Source: Chiloscyllium plagiosum (Eukaryota). From it: DNA of 64,000 nucleotides. Positions 52,067-63,074 of this stretch are shown here, in pieces; position 1 is the stretch's first letter, and each line of letters opens with the position of its first letter. The notes below the pieces were generated by a model. It was not told the DNA's origin. It ran no database searches and worked only from the letters and a program-made list of their open reading frames with translations. The position numbers and the translations under genes are program-made. The DNA is taken from assembly GCF_004010195.1 (NCBI RefSeq), contig NC_057723.1:16363718-16427717 (forward strand), in the 5' to 3' direction.

Positions 52067-52435
52067 ATGGATGATCTAGCCTTGCTGGACCTGCTGGAAT
52101 GCCCTGTATGCTTTGAAAGGTTAGACGCTACTGCCAAAGTATTGCCATGCCAGCACACATTTTGTAAACCATGTCTCCAGAGAATATTTAATGCCAGGAA
52201 GGAGCTCCGATGCCCAGAATGCAGGACTCCAGTTACATGCAGCATTGAAGAGCTGCCAGTTAACTTGTTACTGGTTCGCCTGCTGGATGGCATTAAGTAT
52301 GGGCAAAGCAATGTCAGGATCACTCCTGATCGATTGCCTCAGACGCCCTCAAATCAGGAACATGGACAAAGAAGCACAGATACAAGAGGTTTGCAAGCTA
52401 GTCTGGTGAACGCAGCCAAGAGCCCCATAGAGAAG
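52067..52435 (+). CDS. SH3RF2: SH3RF2 first coding exon (C3HC4 RING finger, POSH-family E3 ligase); remainder of gene not identified in window
   Basis: [53 protein letters not shown]...[15 protein letters not shown]. The MDDL start and KPCLQR fit SH3RF2, as does adjacency to GRXCR2. Acceptor ttttcag| at 52027/52028; donor AAG|gtaatg at 52435; 369 nt, phase 0. Confidence 0.92.
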
Positions 52436-54219
52436 GTAATGATTAAGCCATTTCATTCTTATCATGCAGAGTGAAGTGAAAGCATTTTTAAAGGCAAGCA
52501 TACAGAAAATACCCTGATTGAACCTGTAGGGATGAACCTAGGTTGGTTAAAGTGGATGAGTCAGTAAACAAAGTGGATAAAGTTATATAGAATCTCAAGC
52601 ATTTCTTGCCTCTGTGATGAAATTGTTCCTTTGCAAAACCTAGATGGGCTCATTTTATTTGTCTGACAGAAGGTTTTATCTAATAAAAATACGTTCCAAA
52701 TCAAAAGGAAGACATTTAAATCAGAACAGCTACTCATGTGCTCATACAAAGACAAGAAGTCAGTCTTCTTCATTTTCTTTCTGATCTGTCATAGAAAGAT
52801 AATGGATAGAAAGTAGTGCTCTAGCACACAATAACAATTATTATTACACAAATGGGCATGTGATGAATGTTCGTAATGTATCATTGTTTTTGAGAGTTTA
52901 TGTTCTAAAGTAGAGGAAAATGGATTTTTGTTTTCAGTTCAATGAAGACATACTTTACTTTCTGACCTTTTTAAAAACAAATTTTTAGCAGTGAATTTTT
53001 AAAAAAAGGCACTTCCAAAAAAACAAGCAACTTTAGAAACATGAGCAGCAAGCCACCTAGGGAGATAGTTGCTAGAGTGTTTACCTGGCCCAGAGAGACA
53101 GAGAGAAGGAGAGTTCATTCAGACAGAAACAAGCTCATTTAGAATGAGTGGGTCCTTAAGAGCATTGTTGCTAGTGGTCCAAGCAGTAAGAAAGCCAAAA
53201 CCTAAGGCTGTAGAGGTGTCCGGGGTAAAGCCATTCTACATGGCTGCTGAAGATGTGAAGTTATCGTTCCCTTTTAATTATTGAGTTGAGGTAGATCTAG
53301 GGGGAAAACACACAAAAGAATGCAGAAATATGCTGAAAGAAAACCTATTACAGCTGTGCCAAGTGAGCAGGAAGCTACCACAATGGTAGCTCTTCATAGA
53401 GGTTTCAGTATCTGTCAGATTGTTGTTAGGGAAAAGGGTGGAATCTTTCTTTATGATATTTGTAACAAGACCATATCAAAGTGTTCTTATATACCACATC
53501 ATAGTTAGTTTATCTTTTGTGTAATACATTTTATATTCATTTGTGAAAAGTAGCTTATGGCCTCTTATGAATATGTTCAGTGACTGATTTCTGCAGTAAA
53601 CAAAAAATGTTTGACAAGAATGTATTTATCGGCCTAGTGTGACCTTGGGATCTAACTTATCTAGTATTTTCATCAACTGGGATCAGTTGCTGATAAACAC
53701 CACTGGGAGGGTGACAAGGCTATGTACTCTGGATGAAGGCTTTAAATGTTCATCACAAAGTGTGTCTCTTTCTGACTGAACTGATTGAAAACTGAAAGAT
53801 AGAACTGCTGGACTGTTCCTGTCGCAGGTACTGAAAGAACCAACAAAGAAAAAAATTGACCTTGTCATCATCAAAGAGAGCTGGATATATAAATTTGAAA
53901 CTGATGAATTTAGAGGGCAACAGGGAAAGGTCTGGAGATTGGGTTGAGTTAGGTAGCTCTTTTGGGAGCTGATAGAGACACGATTGGCCAAATGGCCTCA
54001 TTCTGTACTGTAAATTTGATGATTCAATCACTAATTTGCCTCCTATACATACTGTTCATGACAGTATTGAGTGAAATCACCAATATACGGTACTTGTGCA
54101 AGTAAAATTCTGCCTTCACATTGGGGATGCTCTCCATTGTGCTTTGTGGCTGTAATACTATACTAAATGAGACAGATTTCAAACAGATGTCGCAACACAA
54201 GACAGGGTATGCAAGAGAC

Positions 54220-54600
54220 ACTGTGGACCATCAACATCAGCAGAATTATAGCTCATGAACCAGCATGTGCTCCAATTTACTAATATTATCAAGCCAGGGG
54301 GTCAACCCTGATCCAATGAAGGGTGTAGGAGGACATGCCAGAAGCACCACGAACTATAACATTAAAAGAAGGTGTCAACCTGATGAAGCCACAGCACAGG
54401 ACTACCTGCATGCCAAACAACATAAGCAGCAAGTGATTGACATATCTAAACAATTCCACAACCAACCGATCAGATCTAAGCTCTAAACTTTTGCTAGATG
54501 CAGTCATGAATGGTGATGGGCAATTAAGCAACTCACTGAGGAGGAGCCTCCACAAATACCCCCATCTTCAATAATGGGGGAGCCCAGCAAAACATACAGT
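54220..54600 (+). mobile_element. Second CR1-clade family fragment
   Basis: Shares sequence with 15050-15160. Confidence 0.6.
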
Positions 54601-55252
54601 GGAAACATTTACACAATTAAACTAATTGACAAATTAGGAACAGATATTTGGGCCAGACATGAGTGGGTTTTTTTTTTAAGAGATTTTCTCATGTAAAGAC
54701 TGAAATTTTGTACAGTATAGGCGATAATATTCCTTGTAGACTATATATGGGGCATTCCTGAAGCTGACTTAGGAAAGATGTCCACTTATATTGGGGAGTC
54801 CTTTTGCCACTCTCATGACCTACATCTGTCTGAGTGGAAAGCTGTAGTTCATGCATACATTATGATATAACTGTGTCTGATATGCCTAAATTAGTAAAAT
54901 TTCTCTATGATTCTGAGTTCCTCAGCTTCTGAACTGCAGTGAGAAATTAAAAAGGTAACCAGTACAATTCCATTGGAAAAACCACCATCTGCAAGTTCCC
55001 CTCCAAGTCACGCACCATGCTGTCAATGCTTCAATGCTGTTGGGTCAGAATCCTGGAACTGCCTCCCTAAAGGCATTGGGAGTGTACATCTGGTAGGATT
55101 CCAGAGCTCAGATCTGATCTACCACTGCCAAATGGATTGCAGTGGTCAAAAAGGCAGTGCCAACTCCACCTTCTTAAGGACAACTAAGGAAGGACAATAA
55201 ATGCTGACTGAGAAACAATACCTACATCCCATGATTAAATTTTGAAAAAGGG

Positions 55253-55570
55253 TCAGAATTAGAATTCCTACAGTGTAGAAACAGGCCCTTCAGCCCAACA
55301 AGTCCACATCGATACTCCGAAGAGCAACCCACCCAGACCCATTCTCCTACATTCACCCCTGACTAATGCACCTAACACTATGGGCAATTTAGCATGGCCA
55401 ATTCTCCTAACCTGCACATCTTTGGACTGTAGGAGAAAACCAGAGCACCCGGAAAAAACCCACACAGACACAGGGGAGAATGTGCAAACTCCACGCAGAC
55501 AGTTGCCTGAGGTGGGAATTGAACCCAGTCCCTGGTCTGTGAGGCAGCAGTGCTAACCACTGAGCCACCG
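55253..55570 (-). mobile_element. HE1 V-SINE
   Basis: Reverse complement of the HE1 head, V-domain and tail. Confidence 0.9.
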
Positions 55571-57340
55571 TTGCTTAATTCCCTGCCTGGGGAATGGTTG
55601 AAGTTACCTTGATGAATGTTTTTAAGACAGATTTTTGAACAGTAAAGGAATTAAGGGTTATAGTGAGAGGGTGGATAAGTGGAGCAGAGTCCACTAACAG
55701 ATCAGTCACAATCTTATTGCATGGCGGAGCAGACTTTGTTTGGGGAGGCGGGGGTGGTCAGATGGCCTACTCCTACTCCAATTTTTTATGTTCTTATCAC
55801 CATATTTTAAGGTCTGGATCATCTACCCACAATCCTTTATCTTGCTTTATGACGGTGGAATAAAATCTAATTTGCCTTGACTGAATCAAAGGGATTTTTT
55901 TATTAATGTCATTTCGAAGACACCAGTAAGCATTCACATCATTTTGCCATCCATCTGATTCAAGTGTTCTGCTATCATGTCTGTTATTTGTACTACGTTG
56001 CCTAGGAAACCTGCTTGACACTGTGGTTTGTGCAGCAGACTGCTCATGTCCAAATAGTATCCACTTAGGTCTTGCATCAGAGCAACAGCACTTTTACAAT
56101 CTGTGATCGTGTAGATCAATGGCAAAGAGCAAGCCCTACTAAAAAACTGTTCACTGTCCTGTATACATTATTTTGTAAAGAGAGATCAAACTGAGCAAGG
56201 ATTACAAAAGCATGGCTCAGTGCACTTACTATCAATGCTTAAGACCCTCAGCAATAAGAGGAATTGTATTGTAAGATTTAGCTTCAGGATAGCAAATGAT
56301 CACGCCATGTTAGAAACATTTTCTTGTCAGTAGAAACATGAGTAGTTTGAGACTGTGTCACAGACAGTAATGTTTAAAATGAGACAAACACACTCTCCCT
56401 GTTTATTTGTATTGAAACAAAAGCAAGATCTTATTTGTTAAAAATGAAATCTTTCCACTCTCTGTAGTAATTAAGGAGTGTGTCAGCCCTAATTGAAGGC
56501 TCCATTTATAATGCGAATTCTAAGTAAAATTCAATAGTCTGCCCCACTCTTGCTGTGTCAATACCTTCAAGGCACTAAGTACCATGGTTGTGCCATCTGC
56601 ATTTTCAGTATTAATTATTCTTGAATTGCCAGCTAGCTTCACAATGCCAACTACCCTCATTTACCAGCTGTACATATTGTGTTAGCTATCTCTTCAGGTC
56701 AAACCAGTACATTACCCACATTCTTCACAGCACTAACGGAGTTAGTTGTACCAAATGTCCATAGGCATTAATTATCCTCACTGTGCTAATTAATCACACA
56801 GATTACACTCCTAGCAAGAATTACTCTTAGTGTGCCAGCTATTTATACGGAGTTACCATGTTCTTAACAAAGCTTTACTTATTTAGCAGTGGTCTCCCCT
56901 TCAGCAGAAGGTAACTAGTCAGCTTCCAGTGCAATCTTAAATACCTGGTTGAGAAAGCCTCTTTGACAGTACTCAGGTAGTACAGAATTAGGGTGTCATC
57001 TTACAGCTAAGAGGTTAAACCCAGGTTACCTTAGCCCAGGGGTGGGGAAGCTGCGGCCTTAAGGCCGCATGCGGTCTTCTAGGCCATTGTGTGTGGCCTT
57101 TTGAATGAATCCAAATTTTGCAGAACAAATTTTTTTTTGTCCTTTTTTATTATTTTTATTTTAATCTTAAAACGGATGTATTTAAAATACCAGAGTAAAA
57201 GAAAATTCAACTAAATAATCCTCACAGACTGACCGCCACAATTAAAATATTGGTAAGTCATTGGTGAACAGGAGGATTCTTGTGAATCATTTGAAGAATA
57301 CGCAGCTGTTATAGACTTATTAATTGGAGAATACAATGAA

Positions 57341-57744
57341 AGGTTCTCTGACTTTGAGAATCATGACATCACACTCAAATTAGATTTCAACCTCACCTAG
57401 TTGATGTGTCCAAGGCGCCTAAAGAACTACAGGTAGAATTGATTGAGGTCTCAGAAGATGACATTTTAAAGTCCTTATTTGACGCTAAGAAAGATCCGAT
57501 TGAAATATGGTAAAATGCAATAGAATACTCATACCTTCAGCAACATGCACGAGAAATGCTTTCTTGCTTTTCAACCACTTATTGCTGCGAATCTACATTC
57601 TCCTACTTAACCAAAATCAAGATGCCCTTAAGGTCACAAATGACGGATATCCATCTAGAGGATGAGCTAAAACTGCAGACCTCCATGCTGCAATCAAATA
57701 TTCAAATGTTTTCCTACAAAAAGTAGTCACAACAAAGTCATTAA
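57341..57744 (+). pseudogene. hAT transposase C-terminal dimerisation-domain remnant
   Basis: RFSDFENHD...APKELQVELIE...MLSCFSTTYCCESTFSYLTKIKMPLRSQMTDIHLEDELKL...QQSH*, with stops and a frameshift. Confidence 0.85.
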
Positions 57745-57756
57745 ATGGTTAGTTAA

Positions 57757-58077
57757 GATTAGATTAGATTAGATTTGATTACAGTGTGGAAACAGGCCCT
57801 TCGGCCCAACAAGTCCACACCGACCCGCCGAAGCGCAACCCACCCATACCCCTAAATTTACCCCTTACCTAACACTACGGGCAATTTACTATGGCCAATT
57901 CACCTGACCCTGCACATCTTTGGACTGTGGGAGGAAACCGGAGCACCCGGAGGAAACCCACGCAGACACAGGGAGAATGTGCAAACTCCACACAGTCAGT
58001 CGCCTGAGGCGGGAATTGAACCCGGGTCTCTGGCGCTGTGAGGCAGCAGTGCTAACCACTGTGCCACCGTGCCGCCC
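57757..58077 (-). mobile_element. HE1 V-SINE, young (CpG-rich), nested in hAT
   Basis: GGGCGGCACGGTGGCACAGTGGTTAGCACTGCTGCCTCACAGCGCCAG head, V-domain, (TCTAA)n tail. Confidence 0.95.
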
Positions 58078-58086
58078 AAACTTCAG

Positions 58087-58158
58087 TGAGCCTGACACGA
58101 CTTGAACGCGCAACCTTCGGATCGGGAGTCAAACGCGCTTACGTTGCACCACAAGCTC
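58087..58158 (-). tRNA. tRNA-Trp-derived gene or pseudogene with anticodon CCC
   Basis: 72 nt GAGCTTGTGGTGCAACGTAAGCGCGTTTGACTCCCGATCCGAAGGTTGCGCGTTCAAGTCGTGTCAGGCTCA folds as a cloverleaf and is colinear with recalled vertebrate tRNA-Trp(CCA); one anticodon-stem mismatch; D-loop GG reduced to G. Confidence 0.75.
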
Positions 58159-58160
58159 AC

Positions 58161-58199
58161 AACTTTAGAATTAACTTTAGAATTAACTTTAGAATTAAC
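58161..58199. repeat. Tandem (AACTTTAGAATT)x3
   Basis: Three perfect 12-bp units adjacent to the tRNA-like sequence. Confidence 0.85.
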
Positions 58200-58544
58200 A
58201 TATTTTTCATTCTTTTTAGTTAGTTAGTACATAGTAGTTAGATTTTTACAAAATAATGTGAATTTTGAAGATTATATAATTGAAGTTTCTTGAATGCAGA
58301 CTTATTAGATTACAACTAACATAATGCGGCTTTCCAACATGAAAAAGTTCCCCACCTCTGTCTTAACCTATTCTAGCGGAGGGCAATGTTACAGAAAATC
58401 AGGCAATGTATGATCTAAAACTTTGATAAGGTCAATTAACACGATGTTGAGGTCATGATGTATAATGAACCTGTGCCTAGTCAGGATGGCAGGGACAACA
58501 GGTATGGTTTGTACAATTTGCTCATCTCAAAGATTTAAGTGCAC

Positions 58545-58849
58545 AGCCCTGCACTAAATGCACAGCTGGATAATTACACACTCAGCACACTGGCCATGTT
58601 CCTCCTGGACTGTTTAAGTCACAGCTAGTCTGTACTTATGGTCAGATGGTAGCACAGAATTTAAGCATTGCTGACCAAAAAAAATGGTCACGCTTCTAGC
58701 CCTGCACTAAATGCACAGCTGGATAATTACACACTCAGCAAACAGTCCAGGAGGAACATGGCCAGTGTAAGTCACAGCTAGTCTGTACTTATGGTCAGAT
58801 GGTAGCACAGAATTTAAGCATTGCTGACAAAAAAAATGGTCACGCTTCT
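58545..58849. repeat. Tandem duplication (153/152 bp) with an internal 27-bp inversion
   Basis: 58545-58697 versus 58698-58849; 58588-58614 is the exact reverse complement of 58741-58767. Confidence 0.95.
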
Positions 58850-58989
58850 TCAAAGATTTTTGACTTGCACCGATCGGGCCGATTCACAACAAATGCCAAA
58901 GTAAAGGGAAAGCAGCACTTATAGTGTATGAAACGATAGTTCTAACAGATAACTGCCAAGCTTTGTTTAAATTTAAACCAAGCAGATTG

Positions 58990-60110
58990 TGAGTCATAGC
59001 GTTTTTACAGTATAGAAATAGGCTCTTCAGCCTATCCTGTTCATGCATATCATTAAAACATCCTTCTACTCTAGTCCAATTTCCCAGAACTTAACCCAGA
59101 TCATGTTTTCTATAGCATTTCAAGTGTTCACCTAAATAGTTCTTAAATGTCTTGAGGGTTCTCACCTCTACCAACAGGCAGTGAATTCCAGGTTCCCACA
59201 ACTCTCTGGGTGAAAAAGTTTTGCTAGAAATCTCTTCAAAACCTCCTGCGCCTTTCCTTAAAACTGTGTTCCCTGGTTGTTGACTCCTCTACCAAGAGGC
59301 TCCCAGCCTCATTCCTGATGGGATTTTGCCCTAAACGTCAATTTTCCTGCTTCTCAGATGCTGCCTGACCCGCTATGTTTTTTGAGCACCACACGCTTGC
59401 CTCTTCCCTCTACCAAGAGTAAACAGTTCTCCCTGTCTATGCCCATCAGAACTTTGGACACTTTAATGGACCCCACCCCCTTCAGCCTTCTCTTATCTAC
59501 AGAAAGCAATTTCAGCCAATCTAGTCTGTCTTTATAACTGAATTGCTTCATTTTAGGCAACCTCCTGGTGAATCTCTTCTGCACCTTCTAGTGTAACCAA
59601 ATCCTTCCTATAGTGTGACAACCAGAACTGCACGCAATACCCCAACTATGTCCTCACTAACGTAATATATAGCTTCAACATAGCCCCCTTGTTCATGTAT
59701 TCAATGCCTTGACAAATAAAAACTAATATCCCATAAGCCATCCTAAGTGCCTTATCTACTTATCCTGCTACCTTCAAGGATCTATGGACATGCTCACCAA
59801 GGTCCATCTGATCCTCTATACTTTCTAAGTTCCTACTATTCAATGTGTATCCTAATGCCTTGTTAATCCTTCCAAAATGCAGTACCTCACACTTTTTTCA
59901 GTATTAAATTCAATTTGTTGCTGTTCTGTTCAACTGACCACCAAATCTTACTGATTCAAACACCTACATTTGTGTCACATCATTAATGAACACGACAAAT
60001 GGAAGGGACCCTGCACTGAACCCTGTGGTACACCTCTGGGCACTGGTTTCCAGTCATATAAACACCCTTCAGCTATCACTTTCTGCTTCCTGGCACTAAA
60101 CCAATTATTC
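58990..60110 (-). mobile_element. CR1 LINE (RT to 3' end), with PLE-end insert at about 59300-59395
   Basis: RKQKVIAEGCLYDWKPVPRGVPQGSVQGP; QKRFTRRLPKMKQFSYKDRL. Confidence 0.85.
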
Positions 60111-60139
60111 AGCCTTTTTTTTTTCAAAGCCTGCCATGA

Positions 60140-60495
60140 CCTGACCCCTTCCTCCAGCCCTACAATGTCCTCCAGCCCTGCAACCCTCTGAGACACTAGT
60201 ACTCTTACAATTCAGGCTTTCTGAGCAATCCCAGTTTTAATTTACTTCACCAATGGCAACCATGTCTTCAGCCGCCAGAACCCCTAACTTTGGAATTTCC
60301 TCCCTAAAATTTCCTGTCACTCCACCACCTTTCTTTCTTCCCTTTTGACGTTCCCTAAAATCTACCTTTGACTAAACCTTTGGTCATCTGTCCTATCATG
60401 TCCCCATTTGACTTGAAACACAAACTTGAAATGTTTGACAAAGCATCTCAGGAGCATTTTACTCAGAAAGGTACCTTATAAATACAGAATTATGT
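60140..60495 (+). mobile_element. L2-like LINE 3' tail
   Basis: ccttcctccagccctacaa...ggaatttcctccctaaa...acctttggtcatctgtcc resembles an L2 3' end. Confidence 0.5.
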
Positions 60496-60989
60496 TGCTT
60501 TGGACCAATTGAAATACATGAGTTCAATCATGATTCTTCTTGCTGACTATGAGTTTGTAAATTGTGCCTCACTGAAAAGATTCAAATATGCCAATTATGA
60601 TGGTTAACATTGAGGATAGCTACATCAAAAATGTGAAGGTGACGATCATTATAGATTCAGCATAGGTTCGCCCATGACTTTGAGATAATTGATTATCACA
60701 TTAGGTGGAAATTTTTAAGTAGCATGGAATGTGAAGAATCCATATCTTTGGTAGTGGACAGAATAACAGGAAAAAGGAGATAGCTCGTACTTACACAACA
60801 CATTTCATGGCCTTAGGATCTATTGAAGTGTTTCATAAGGGCAACTGGGGAAGTCCCACCCTTACCAGTAATGTCCACATCCCATTCAAGAATTTTAAAA
60901 AAAAACTCAATGGGCACTCAATTAGAGAAGTGTACCAATGTTGAAAATCAACAAAGTTGTCTGAAATTTTAATAAAGATTGAAATTGTT

Positions 60990-61720
60990 GTGGAGAGAGT
61001 TACAAAAGGTCTCCCTGAAATAATTACAGTCCAAGGTTGTAGTGAGTGAATTGAATAACATTAGTATTAGTAAAACAGGAGAATTGAAGAAATTAATGGG
61101 AATGAAAATCAATAAATCCTGGGACCCAAAAGCCTGGAAGATGAAAAAGATTACAACACAAATAATGAATGCATTAGTGAATATCTTTTAAAATTCTATT
61201 AATTCAAATTCCAATTAATTCAATGCTGCCTGCAGATTGGAAATTTCCAATTGTAACTCCACTTTTTAAGAAAGGAGGGGGAGAGAAAATCTCAGTTAGC
61301 CTGAGATCAGTAGAAACGAAAATACTGGAATTTATTACAAAGGATGTAATTGCTGTATATTTAGAAAATTGATGAAGCAGAGTTAACATAGATTTATGAA
61401 GAGGGAACCATGTTTGATAAATCTAATAGAGGTCTTTGAATCTGTTCCTATCAAAATTGATAAGGTGGAGCAAGGACTCTGAAATTGTTCTGTTCTAGGG
61501 CTTTCTGTAGTAGTTTCTTAAAATAATATTCAGCTCCTCTATTCTTCCTGCCAAAATGCATAATCTCACATTTGAATTCTGATGTAGATAAATGTGACGT
61601 TATCCACTTGGTAGCAAAGAGAGGAAATCAGATTATTATTTAAATGATAATAAATTGGGGGGGGAGGGCGGGGGGAGAATCTTAAACAAAACCTGAATAT
61701 CTTCATGCACCAGTCGCTGA
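60990..61720 (+). mobile_element. Decayed CR1 RT fragments
   Basis: cctgcagattggaaatttccaattgtaactccactttttaagaaaggaggg (PADWKFPIVTPLFKKGG). Confidence 0.7.
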
Positions 61721-63074
61721 AACTAGTCACCCTGACTTTGATCAGTGAAGGCACTGCTGTGAGAAATGAACTGCGAAAAGGCTGTCAGCTGTGCAATGGC
61801 TGTCCTAAACACATCATTCTTGCTGTATAAAGTGTAAACTCATGAACAGTTCACTTTTGGTTGTAGAAAGTGCCCTGGAAGAGTAAGTGAGCTCAAAATT
61901 TAAGTAACACATAAAGCCTTTGCAACATGAATGGTGCTTGCCATTAATGGGATACTACCATCAAATGTCAAGATGATCAGCTTGTCACGCAAATAAGTTA
62001 TGTGGTATATGAATTTCAGTGCCTATGTGATGCTAGGTACATATGCCATTCATCCCAAACTCTGGCAAATTGTCTCAAACAGTATAGCTTTTCAGCTCTT
62101 AGCAAGAAGCAACATACTGATCATACCCAACTGGCTAGTATTTGCAAAATGCATGACACGGATGTGGAACATTAGATATGATGTTGCAATTACATATTTG
62201 TTAAACAATCTTGAGTGTATGAAGAGCTCTGCTGACAGCCAATTTAGGATTGTCAGATGACCCTGTAGTGGAAGGCACAATTATACAACACAGGGCCTTG
62301 TTTTTACATACAAAAATAACATACATATACCCTGTGTCTGTTTCAATTTAGCAAATAACATGACAGACATTGTCTGGTTCAATTCTCAGATCAAAATCTT
62401 GACTAATCAGAGTTTAAAATTTAGCTTATTAGTTAGGTATCAGTCATTATTAACTGATGCAATGCCCATGGTAACGCCTCTAACCAATCATAGACCACTT
62501 CCAACCAATCAGCTATTCTCTCATATAGTATAAATGTTTTTTTTTTACTTTGGTATTTTCTGTAATTGTCAAGAGCAGTGCAATATGAAATGCTTTGACA
62601 AAATTTGTCTTTTTTTTCAACAATATTCAAATGTGTACTTTGTAAAGAAGTAGTAGCAGCTGTGAGAACCGTTTTCAGAAATATCTTGGAGAAGGCACAA
62701 GAGGAGCATCAGTTGGCCTGAGACCCCTCCCAGATTCTCTTAATGCAGCACCAAAGGCATCAAAACTTGAATGCTGAGAAGGATATGAGAAAGGTGATGC
62801 CTTTCAAGGGGCAGGGAAGAAAGGGAATGATACTTAGAAACCCGAAAACTCAACTGAAAGTGTTTAGCCATCATGTCCAAGAAGGACTTAACAGGTAAAT
62901 GTTAGTAAATGTAGCTTCAATTGTCACCTTATCCCTTCTAACCTCATACACTGCTCAATGTACCCCACCCCTAACTGACTTCTGCTGCAGAGGACTAAGA
63001 CTGAAGCCATGCTGATTGCTATTGCAAGGCCTGCTTATTGTTAAGCAGAATTGTGGTTCCAGATAATAAGACCA

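Larger units (their letters stand above)
57037..58360 (+). mobile_element. Internally deleted hAT (Charlie/SPIN-like) DNA transposon
   Basis: TIRs caggggtggggaa / ttccccacctctg; 8-bp TSD ccttagcc / tcttaacc (6 of 8 match); transposase C-terminal remnant inside. Confidence 0.88.

Noticed and set aside
51995-52474. 159-aa stand-alone RING protein
   Set aside because: Extends through the splice acceptor (52027) and donor (52435); it is one exon of SH3RF2.
52930-53720. Possible solo LTR (also about 5130-5330 and 43040-43600)
   Set aside because: LTR-like composition only; could not establish TG...CA ends or a TSD.
58161-58849. CRISPR-like or recombinase-invertible (phase-variation) locus
   Set aside because: Eukaryotic context, no repeat-spacer array, no inverted recombination sites around the 27-bp segment and no recombinase gene.
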